32,000 bases of DNA from Trichodesmium erythraeum IMS101 (GCF_000014265.1 NC_008312.1:7410001-7442000), one strand, 5' to 3'. Shown: positions 22,005 to 30,393, counted from the stretch's first letter. Numbers and translations: made by a program. The notes: generated from the letters alone by a model not told the origin.

Positions 22005-22982
22005 TAGCTAGGGTACTTTTTAGGAGTCACGAGTCAGGAGTCAGAATTAATGGCTTCAATACCGTTTTTAGGTCTGAAATTCTCTTTTTTGTCAAAAGAG
22101 CATCTCCTGTAAAATATGCATGATTGCCCTTACTATTGGTAAAGTGCGGCGATTGTGTCAAAAGTTTGGAGAACAAGTATCAGGGGAATTACCAGAAAGA
22201 AAATGTAATTCCAGGACAAGATTTATCAGTAAACCTACAAACAATGTTGGTATAGTTGGGGCACTACAGCCATTTGTCTTATGAAAAACAACAAAAATGG
22301 TTGATAGAGTTTGGGAAAATAGAGGTAAGTTGAGGAACTTTGGTTGCCACCACCCTTAGAGTGTCTGAAGCTCTGACCCCACAAGTACAAGAACTAAAAG
22401 ATTAGGTTAAAACTTAACCTCAAGTTCATGTGGATGAGTCCCCATGGTTGGTACAAGGAGTAAAAGAATGGATGTGGGTAATATCGTCCGAAAAATATAG
22501 TTTATTTCATGCCGGAGATACTCGTTCACGAGCCAAACTGGAATATCTACTTGGTCAAAGTTTTTCGGGAGTGCTGAGTTCTGACGATTTTAGTGTCTAC
22601 AACAGCTACCGAGTCGTAGCCCAGCAGAAATGTCTAGCTCATCTACAACGACATTTTCAGCAAGTAACTCGTCTGAAGCAAGCCCATCAGAAAGCTTTGG
22701 GAGAAGCATTTCTTTCCTGGATAGATGAAGCCTTTACTCAACACAGTGGGGTGAAACTCTTGAAGCATCTACTTATGCTTCTTGGGCCGAATCTTTCAAG
22801 GTGCGGCTTAAACAGGCAATTTCGACTTGGAGTGCCAAAGCAGGTTATGTAGCAGGGCTGTTGTTGAAGTCCTTAAGAGCTCACGGGGTGACAAGCTAGT
22901 TGAAAGCTATGTATAGAGAGGAATTTGCGTTCTGGGACTGAGGAATAATTCAATTAAAAGAAAATCCTTATTGAGAATTAAG

Positions 22983-23023
22983 GGGGTGTAGTGCGTTCGA
23001 TCCGCGAACACACTACACCCCCT
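22983..23023. repeat. GC-rich 18-bp-stem hairpin in the right subterminal region of the IS4-family element
   Basis: GGGGGTGTAGTGCGTTCG-ATCCG-CGAACACACTACACCCCC has one mismatch. The other end of the element carries only one half (CGCACTACACCCC at 24650-24662). Confidence 0.7.
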
Positions 23024-23115
23024 AACTAAATTGAATAATAATTCAAGTTGCACTGGAGAATAATATTATGAAAAAACTCACATGAATTAATTGATTATTA
23101 ATCAAAAATTACGGT

Positions 23116-24262
23116 CTAATTAACCACTATATTCATCGCTTTTATGCCCCTGTGATAATATAGAAATTTATGAGGATTAAGCCTCATTAAATTTTCTACT
23201 AATCCCCAGATAAAATCATCATTTATTGCCCAATACATCCTAGATAATCATACAAAAAAACTACTGTGCCTTCTTTCTTTTCTACTTTTTTCATTAGTTC
23301 TTGATATATATTCTTGAACCCCTTTATTTTTAATTTTTTGGACTTGAAATGAACTAATTGCATAAGAAATAGCTATTAATAAAATTAAATTATTCAATCT
23401 CGTTTCATTGGCTTTCGCTGATTCTAGATTGTAAGCACCAGTTTTATAGTCTTTAAACATTGCTTCAATTCCCATTCTCTGGCTATATATTTTTTTAATT
23501 TTCCCTGGTAACGATAGATTAGTTAAAATATACCATTTTTCGGAAACAGATTTGTCACGATATTTTGGTTTTTTATATATCAGTAAATTATATGTTCCTA
23601 CTCTCAAAATTTTGGTAATTTTTTGATTTAAAAATAGTTTACATTCACCGATGTTTGCTGGTAATTCAGAGAGTTTACAATATTTTTTTCCTCGTTTAAT
23701 CATCGTCGATTTTTTTGTTCTCAAAACAAAGTATACATCTTGTTTTTGATATTTTTTCAACCAATAACATAGAAAAATACTGTGGAACTCTCTATCTGCT
23801 GTCAGAATGATTTTCTGGCATTTTAATAATCTTATAACTGGACGAATTACTGCTTTTTGTTCGGCTAAATTACTAGCTCCTTTATGAGTTAAAATTTTCC
23901 AATGTATAGGTAAAGCTCTCTTTTTCCAAGCTAAACTAATCATTAATATATTAGTATTTTGCCACTGAGTTCTATCTAAAATTAATACTAATTCTGAGGG
24001 AAAGTCGAATAATTTTTTTACCATTATTCTGACCCAAGGAAACCAGAATAAAGGCAAACTTAATTCCTTGATAGTTAAAAATATTTCGCATAAGTTTTCC
24101 CTTACTTTCTAATTTTATTGGTAGGGGAAAATAATTACTTAGTTTTGATATTTGCACAGTTTTATGTACAGATATTAAGTATAATAATATTTGTAATGTT
24201 ACTAATTGAGATGGACTCAATTTTTCCTTAATATGGTCTTGATAAAAGCCTAATATATTCAC
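23116..24262 (-). pseudogene. IS4-family transposase with at least two frameshifts
   Basis: The GTG-start N-terminal ORF 23972-24262 overlaps the 269-aa core ORF 23248-24057 in another frame (ILDRTQW, LTADREF, YSQRMGIEAMFKDYK). The C-terminal tail ...FLYYHRGIKAMNIVVN is in a third frame, with the stop at 23116-23118. Confidence 0.7.
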
Positions 24263-24604
24263 CTTTTATTGATTTTTATTTGTAATTATTAACCTTTTTT
24301 ATCATATAATTTTTTTACCATTATTCTGACCCAAGGAAACCAGAATAAAGGCAAACTTAATTCCTTGATAGTTAAAAATATTTCGCATAAGTTTTCCCTT
24401 ACTTTCTAATTTTATTGGTAGGGGAAAATAATTACTTAGTTTTGATATTTGCACAGTTTTATGTACAGATATTAAGTATAATAATATTTGTAATGTTACT
24501 AATTGAGATGGACTCAATTTTTCCTTAATATGGTCTTGATAAAAGCCTAATATATTCACCTTTTATTGATTTTTATTTGTAATTAGTAACCTTTTTTTAT
24601 CATA
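24009..24604. repeat. 297-bp tandem duplication covering the 5' end of the IS4-family transposase
   Basis: Track ORFs 23972-24262 and 24302-24559 have identical first 85 residues. Their start codons are exactly 297 bp apart. The nucleotide units are nearly identical, differing by one T-run indel. Confidence 0.85.
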
Positions 24605-25168
24605 TTTTTAACTATTTCAAAAAACTTTTAAAATGAATAAATAATCAACGCACTACACCCCATCCATTCTCAATAAGCATTTTCTTTTTGTTGAAATATT
24701 CTTCAGTCTACGAAGGCAAATCCCTTTCTATATATAGCTTTCAACTAGCTTGTCACCCCGTGAGGTGAGAGAGACAAATCTCATCAATGGTGGTATTTCC
24801 TTGAACATCCTCAAGTACCTCCCGATAATAATCGGGCGGAAAGGTAATTGCCAAACGCAAGTGACCAAGGGTAAAGTAGCTGGTGGTTCTCCTGGATTTC
24901 GTCGTTCGGCAACATTGTTAGGCGTCATACAGTCTTGTCGCGTTCAGGGTCGCTCTGTTCTTGATTTCTTTAGGCGATCGCTTTCTTTGGCAGTACGATC
25001 GCGTTCTCACGAATTATCTCTCCCATACTATCTCTGAGTAATTAGGATGATTTTGTCAATCCCTACACCTGAATACTTACGATAAAAGAAACTTAACTTT
25101 GATTTTATACCAAGGGTAAAAAAAGAATGTTTTCAAATAAAAAGTGTGCTTAAAATATTTTACCAAAT

Positions 25169-26312
25169 AGACATCTCCAAAAATTAACAAGGCCTTTCCT
25201 TGACTTGATCTTAGCCTAGTTGCCATATCAAGCATCTTTGGTCCTAAAATACGCAATCATAAATCTTTGAGATATTTTCTCTTACTAATTCAACATTTAT
25301 TTCCCCCCATTTTCACTTTATTCTCTTAATTTATTATCTTCTTTTTATACTAATATTAATGCTCCTATTCTTCATCTCACTAATCCACATACTACCATTA
25401 TTACTTTCTCATAACTTTTCTCTTTTAATCTAAATCTTTCTCTCGCAATTCCAAATATTTTTAGTAATCTAATTACATGTTCTACGAATATTCTTTTTTG
25501 GGCTTTTTGTTGATTTTTTTCTTTTATTTCTTCTGACATTTCTTTTTTTCTTGGCTTCTTTTTTGGTGTGCTTGTTCTTTCTGCTCCTTGATCTGCCTGA
25601 TCCCCTTGAAAATATTGATTATCCTTAAATTTTTCCCGTTGTTTGTTTAATAAATTTATATCACTTAATGGTCCCCTTTCTCCGATAATTACATCCACTA
25701 TTTCTGTTCCTTTTGGCGTCGTTATTATTTGATTTTTAAAGGTATGATTTTTCTTGTTTCCTGAATAATATTTTTCTGGTTTTTCAGATTCTTTTGGTCT
25801 TTTTCTACTTTGTTCTGAGCTATATACTATTAATTCTAATTCCATTAACGCTTCTTTTACCCATTCTAATTCATCTTCTTTTTTTTGACTTTTTCTAATA
25901 AACTAGCTGGTAATAAATCTGGTAAAATATTTATCCAGTAATGGAATATATTATTGGCTGTTGATTCACTAACCCCAAAATTTATTCCTAATAATTGAAA
26001 AGTTGGTATATGATCTAAATAATATAGCGTTAAAAATATTTCTTCTGTTTTAGTTAAAGTCTTTTTTCTGCCTCCACCTGGTTTAATTAATCTTATTTCT
26101 TTCTCGGCAATTACCTGGAAATTTTCTGATTCTTTGATAATTGCATTTTCTATTAATTGTGTTAGCTGTTCATAAGTAATCCCTATAATTCTTTTTGTTT
26201 CTTTCGGATAATTATGAATGTACTCTAAAGTTTTATTGATTGGTATAGCTACCTAAATAAAATTGTAAATGAACATTACAATCTTATCTTATTTTCTATT
26301 TTGGAGATGTCT
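25169..26312 (-). mobile_element. IS-A copy 2 (1144 bp, near-identical to copy 1), probably inactive
   Basis: Same termini, flanked by AAT (25166-25168 / 26313-26315). Only a handful of substitutions relative to 15704-16847. Confidence 0.85.
25372..26240 (-). pseudogene. IS-A transposase copy 2: orfA start codon lost and first catalytic Asp replaced
   Basis: The orfA ATG is changed to ATC (TTATTGATTGG versus TTATTCATTGG on the plus strand), with a stop just upstream. orfB (25372-25845) is open but reads IVYSSEQ where copy 1 has IVDSSEQ. Confidence 0.65.
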
Positions 26313-26315
26313 AAT

Positions 26316-27458
26316 AGATATCTCCAAAAATTCTCACTTCCCTTACTGTAACTATTTTTTAGGGAGCGATCGCTAAATCCTCCAGATAGTCATTTTTTAC
26401 GCACTTTAGAGTATTAGAGATAATTCTTGTTAATTATTCACCATCTTTATCCAGTTTTTTCTTGTTTTCTTTTTCGTCACAAGCCATGATTTATACTAAT
26501 AAAAATCCTCCTATTCTTAATCTTACTAAACCACATATTGTTAAAATTACTTTTTCATAATTACTATCTTTTAATCTAAATCTTTCTCGTGCCATTCCAA
26601 ATATTTTTATTAGCCTTATTATATGCTCTACAAATATTCTTTCTTTTTTGGGCTAATTTCAAGTTATCTTCTTTGATTTCTGCTGGCAATTATTGTTTTC
26701 TCGGCTTTTTTTTGGGTATTGTAGTTCTCTCGGCTCCTTGATCTCCTTTATCTCCCTGAAATTTTGGTTTTTTATCAAATTTTGAAAGTTGTTTTATGAG
26801 TAAATTTACATCGCTTTCTGGCACTCTTTATCCCACAATTACATCTACTATTTCTGTCCCCTTTTCTGTAATTATTATCTGGTTTTTTAATGTATGACTT
26901 TTCTTTTTTTCAGAGTAATATTTTTTCTGTTTCTTATCGTCATCTGGCCTATATATACTCTGTTCTGTAGTATCTACAATTAATTCAAGTTCAGTTAAAA
27001 TTTTTTGTATCCAAAAATATTCATCTTCTTTTTCTCGGAATTGTTCAAATAAACTACAAGGTAATAAATCTTGTAATATGTCTATCCCAAGCCTGAAAAA
27101 TATTATTTGCTGTTGATGAGCTTACACTAAAAGATATTCCTAGTATGAGCAAATGTGGGCACATGACGTAAATAGCATAAAGTTAAGATGATTTCTTCCT
27201 CGACTTTTAAGGTTTTTTTTCTGCCTCCTTCTGCCTTAATTAATCTTTTTTATTTACTGGCGATCGCCTGTCTTTTTTTTTCTTCAATTTTTTGAGTATT
27301 TTCTATTAATTTTATGAGTTGTTTATCTGTAATACCAATAATCCTTTTTGTTTCTCTTGGATGATTATAAAGATATTCTAATACATTATTCATTTGGGGA
27401 CAGCGTATATATAATTTATCACTAGAACTTTACCTTAATTTTTATTTTGGAGATGTCT
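26316..27458 (-). mobile_element. IS-B#3, uninterrupted but pseudogenised copy (1143 bp)
   Basis: Termini AGATATCTCCAAAAATTCTCAC (26316) and ...ATTTTGGAGATGTCT (to 27458) are flanked by AAT (26313-26315 / 27459-27461). There is no ORF of 60 aa or more on the minus strand. It shares a stop lesion with IS-B#2. Confidence 0.8.
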
Positions 27459-27568
27459 AATAATTAATAATTAAATAATTCAGATTAAAAGCCTTCCTTA
27501 ATCAAGCAATCAACCCAGTTTATTTGTTGCTTTGTGGGTTAATTTGCTTTCTCAATAGCTAATAAAAA

Positions 27569-27577
27569 TGGTATAAT
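27569..27577 (+). promoter_or_regulatory. candidate extended -10 promoter element (TGgTATAAT) for the HerA-like gene
   Basis: TGGTATAAT lies 36-44 nt upstream of the ATG at 27613. No convincing -35 box was seen. Sequence match only. Confidence 0.35.
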
Positions 27578-27612
27578 TTAATATAGCACCCCAAAATAAT
27601 CAAGTAATTTAC

Positions 27613-29352
27613 ATGGATTTTGAAAGACCATTAGGCTCAGTAATTCAAGGTTCCCTCAGTCAAGGATTAGAAGTACGACTCCACCCGGACGTATTGGTAG
27701 AAGATATGCGGGTTGGTAAATTTTTAGTTGTACAAGGAGTACGCGCCCATTTTTTCTGTATGCTAACCGATGTTTTATTAGGAACATCTAGCGAACGAAT
27801 AATGATTAATCCACCCCTACCCACAGATGATTTTTTGCAATCTGTTTTAGCTGGAGGTAGTACCTACGGAACTATCGAACTCGCTCCAATGTTAATGTTA
27901 GCTATTGCTCCAGAACAATTACCAGACTCTTTCAATTTCAACAACACAAATGATAATCAAAAAAAATTAAAGTCAACCCAAAATTTAGCATCCTTTGAAG
28001 CTCAAAGCAGTTCTCAAATTAAATTAATGCCAGTCAAAACTATTCCTAGTCATTTTTCCCAAGTATTTGAAGCAAGTGTCAGAGATTTTAGTTTAGTTTT
28101 TGGCAGGGAAGACGACCCGACTCGCCGGAATTTTGCTGTGGGTAAACCTATTGATATGGATGTACCTGTTTGTTTAGATTTAGATAGATTTGTAGAACGA
28201 AGTAATGGGATTTTTGGTAAGTCGGGAACTGGTAAATCTTTTCTGACTCGTTTACTTTTATCTGGCATTATTCGGAAAGGTGCTGCCGTAAATTTAATTT
28301 TTGATATGCACTCCGAATATGGTTGGGAAGCAATTGCAGAAGGAAAACAAGTTAATACTGTAAAAGGTTTACGACAATTATTTCCCGATCGAGTCGAACT
28401 TTGGACGCTTGACCCAGAATCTACTAGACGTAGAGGGGTGCATGATGCACGAGACCTGTATTTAAGTTATAACCAAATTGAGGTTGAAGATATTGGGTTA
28501 GTGCAACGGGAGTTAAATTTATCTGAGGCAAGTATTGATAGTGCAAATATTCTCCGCAGTGAATTTGGTAAATCTTGGATTACTAAATTATTGGCAATGA
28601 CTAATGAAGATATTCAAATATTTTGTGATGAAAAAAGAGGTCATAAAGGTTCGATTATGTCGTTGCAAAGAAAGTTGTTACGACTGGATAATCTGAAATA
28701 TATGCAGACAAAAAATACCAACAATTATATAGAAGAAATCTTAGAATCTTTAGATGCAGGTAAGCACGTTATTATTGAATTTGGTTCCCAGTCAAATATG
28801 CTTTCCTATATGTTGGCAGCTAATATGATTACTCGCCGAATTCATAATAGTTATGTACGGAAAGCAGATAAATTTTTGAGTTCTAAAAATCCGAGCGATC
28901 GCCCTCAACCATTAGTTATAACTATTGAGGAAGCTCATCGTTTTCTTGATCCTGCGATAGTACGTTCAACTATTTTTGGTACGATAGCTAGGGAGATGCG
29001 GAAATATTTTGTGACTCTATTGGTTGTAGACCAGCGACCTTCGGGAATAGATGCGGAAGTTATGTCTCAAATTGGTACGAGAATTACAGCTTTGTTGAAT
29101 GATGATAAGGATATTGATTCTATTTTTACAGGAGTTTCTGGAGGTCATAGTTTGAGGTCTGTTTTGGCAAAGTTGGATTCTAAACAGCAAGCTTTGGTAT
29201 TAGGTCATGCGGTACCAATGCCTGTGGTAATTCAAACTCGTGCTTATGATCAGACTTTTTATCAGGAAATTGGAGATACGGATTGGCGGTATGTTTCTGA
29301 TAATGAGTTATTTGAAGCGGCTCAAGTGGCTTTGGATGATATTGGGTTTTAG
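27613..29352 (+). CDS. HerA/FtsK-superfamily (DUF87-type) ATPase
   Basis: 579-aa ORF with an N-terminal HAS-barrel-like region, Walker A GIFGKSGTGKSFLTRLL, Walker B/DEAH-like LVITIEEAHRFL and the FtsK/HerA VVDQRPS motif. A low-complexity insert (FNFNNTNDNQKKLKSTQN...) follows the barrel. Confidence 0.8.
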   Translation: MDFERPLGSVIQGSLSQGLEVRLHPDVLVEDMRVGKFLVVQGVRAHFFCMLTDVLLGTSSERIMINPPLPTDDFLQSVLAGGSTYGTIELAPMLMLAIAPEQLPDSFNFNNTNDNQKKLKSTQNLASFEAQSSSQIKLMPVKTIPSHFSQVFEASVRDFSLVFGREDDPTRRNFAVGKPIDMDVPVCLDLDRFVERSNGIFGKSGTGKSFLTRLLLSGIIRKGAAVNLIFDMHSEYGWEAIAEGKQVNTVKGLRQLFPDRVELWTLDPESTRRRGVHDARDLYLSYNQIEVEDIGLVQRELNLSEASIDSANILRSEFGKSWITKLLAMTNEDIQIFCDEKRGHKGSIMSLQRKLLRLDNLKYMQTKNTNNYIEEILESLDAGKHVIIEFGSQSNMLSYMLAANMITRRIHNSYVRKADKFLSSKNPSDRPQPLVITIEEAHRFLDPAIVRSTIFGTIAREMRKYFVTLLVVDQRPSGIDAEVMSQIGTRITALLNDDKDIDSIFTGVSGGHSLRSVLAKLDSKQQALVLGHAVPMPVVIQTRAYDQTFYQEIGDTDWRYVSDNELFEAAQVALDDIGF

Positions 29353-29423
29353 TTGAGGAGTTTGTGGTAAAAATTTTCCACAACCAAACAGCATAAATTT
29401 CCTTGAGGTTACTCTCAAGTTAA

Positions 29424-29655
29424 ATTGCCTCAATGTTCTATTTTCTCAAGTCTAAAGGCGGTAACAACATATATAAAAACAAACAATTGTTACACCGATA
29501 TTGCCAGGACTCCGGAACTGCCAACGACTTGAAAGCAGTTAAGGATGTACCCTTGAATTGGGAGCTATAGTAGAGGAGCCGATTTGGAGGTGCAAGTCTC
29601 ACGTCCGGTTCAGAAAACGAGTCGGGTAAGGTAAATTACCTGGCGAACGTTTAAG
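29424..29655 (+). mobile_element. 3' relic of a group II intron (IEP HNH tail plus domains V-VI)
   Basis: A 45-codon frame (29433-29570) reads ...SKGGNNIYKNKQLLHRYCQDSGTANDL..., resembling the GG..x..NLQLLHRxCHDxKTAxD end of intron-encoded HNH domains. It is followed 5 nt later by a domain V-like hairpin and a further hairpin region. GC content here is clearly above the local intergenic level. Confidence 0.55.
29576..29611 (+). ncRNA. group II intron domain V-like hairpin (imperfect)
   Basis: The sequence is GAGCCGAUUUG-GAGGU-GCAA-GUCUC-AC-GUCCGGUUC. It has the AGC triad in a GAGCCG/CGGUUC basal helix, a 5-bp upper helix closed by a GNRA tetraloop, and an AC bulge. The 3' half matches the common GUCGCACGUACGGUUC at 14 of 16 positions. 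The middle of the lower helix is mispaired. Confidence 0.55.
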
Positions 29656-30087
29656 TTAACGAGCAGGCCTCAAAAATTCCACAGGATTATAAGTATTAAT
29701 CCATAAGCGAGCGCCACAATCTGCTGGTTCATAAGGTCGATAAACGATTCGGCAAGGACCTTGAATATATAAGTCATAACCATAATCGTTACGATCGCCG
29801 TGCTTGACAGAAATGACAGGTTCTAGTTTTTCAGGAGGTTTACCTATATTTCTTTTAATTTTACTTTGATTGACATGAATCATTTTGGGTTTGGCGGATT
29901 TTTGCTTACGCCATATACCTTTCGGACCCCGTCGAGCCGGAATTATTACAGGCATTCCACTTTTAGAAACTTCTATTTCCCAGAACCTACCGTTTTTGTT
30001 AGCTCCCTTCACTCTTCCTTGAGCTAATAGGACTAATAAACGTTGCCGGGATATTCCTAATAAAAAAGATGCTTCTCTGGTTCCCAT
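29656..30087 (-). CDS. hypothetical protein with N-terminal helix-turn-helix (excisionase/MerR-like)
   Basis: 143-aa ORF. The N-terminus TREASFLLGISRQRLLVLLAQGRVKGA looks like an HTH. It is followed by a basic linker and a C-terminal domain of unknown function (PVISVKHGDRNDYGYDLYIQGPCRIVYRP). Confidence 0.6.
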   Translation of the reverse strand: MGTREASFLLGISRQRLLVLLAQGRVKGANKNGRFWEIEVSKSGMPVIIPARRGPKGIWRKQKSAKPKMIHVNQSKIKRNIGKPPEKLEPVISVKHGDRNDYGYDLYIQGPCRIVYRPYEPADCGARLWINTYNPVEFLRPAR

Positions 30088-30393
30088 GTTTTTTTACTAT
30101 TGAACAATAGTTAACTTAACAAAAAATTGAGTTTAAAGCTTTGCCCATAAGCGAGTAACGATTTACTTTTTTTGAATACATAGTCTTATGCTAAATATTA
30201 ATTAATTAATTAGTCGCACGCGGGCAGTCTGAGACAAAACAATAGACACTACAGCCCTTACCCCCTTGTTAATAAGGGAATAAGAAGGGTGGGTGCACAA
30301 GCTTGTGTTAACAGAACTTTGCACCAGCAAAACGTCAACCCTGCCTTGGCTTTTTGCTCGGTTTTTCCCCATCTATAATAGCCTGAGAGGATG

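Larger units (their letters stand above)
22880..24764 (-). mobile_element. IS4-family element with long (about 115 bp) imperfect terminal inverted repeats, inserted in the IS66 transposase
   Basis: CTCACGGGGTGACAAGCTAGTTGAAAGCTAT... at 22880 is mirrored at 24764. The arms stay alignable to GGGGTGTAGTGCG. The element is 1885 bp including a 297-bp internal tandem duplication. No clear target duplication was seen. An alternative reading is a smaller IS inserted inside a palindromic MITE. Confidence 0.65.
22120..25037 (+). pseudogene. IS66-family transposase, frameshifted and split by the IS4-family insertion
   Basis: The order of motifs fits IS66 enzymes: KCGDCVKSLE (Zn finger-like); HLSYEKQQKWLIEFGKIEVS; PQVHVDESPWLVQGVKEWMWV; SDDFSVYNSY..QKCLAHLQRHF (ORF 22430-22852); LLKSLR. 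After the insertion it continues ERDKSHQWWYFLEHPQVPPDNNRAER and VTKGKVAGGSPGF..LLGVIQSCRVQGRSVLDFF (ORF 24750-25037). Confidence 0.7.
22007..25080 (+). mobile_element. IS66-family (single-ORF, ISBst12-like) element remnant, 5'-truncated and interrupted
   Basis: The right terminus ...CCTGAATACTTAC (25068-25080) is the reverse complement of a GTAAG... end typical of the IS66 family. No matching left terminus was found. The left side abuts the IS630 element. Confidence 0.6.

Noticed and set aside
24302-24559. 85-aa ORF listed as a separate gene.
   Set aside because: It is the second unit of the 297-bp tandem duplication of the IS4-family transposase 5' end, identical to the start of ORF 23972-24262. 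It is not an independent gene.
12117-27460. Recurrent TAGACATCTCCAAAA / TTTTGGAGATGTCTA motifs that could be mistaken for CRISPR-like repeats.
   Set aside because: Spacing is irregular (hundreds to thousands of bp). The motifs occur in inverted pairs bounding transposase-coding DNA, so they are IS termini.
29362-29383. Hairpin TTGTGG-N10-CCACAA 10 nt after the HerA-like stop codon, as a possible terminator.
   Set aside because: The stem is short and weak with a 10-nt loop, and there is no T-run on either strand.
30325-30350. AGCCAAGGCAG..UGACG and a CACCCACCC tail on the minus strand, reminiscent of E. coli 4.5S (SRP) RNA.
   Set aside because: The diagnostic domain IV core (GGUCCGGAAGGAAGCAGCC with the GGAA tetraloop) is absent, so the similarity is judged coincidental.
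30202-30372. ORFs of about 56 codons open on both strands in the GC-rich island downstream of psaK.
   Set aside because: Both strands being open is expected for a short GC-enriched stretch. The peptides have no recognisable features. The region is reported as a structured-RNA candidate instead.
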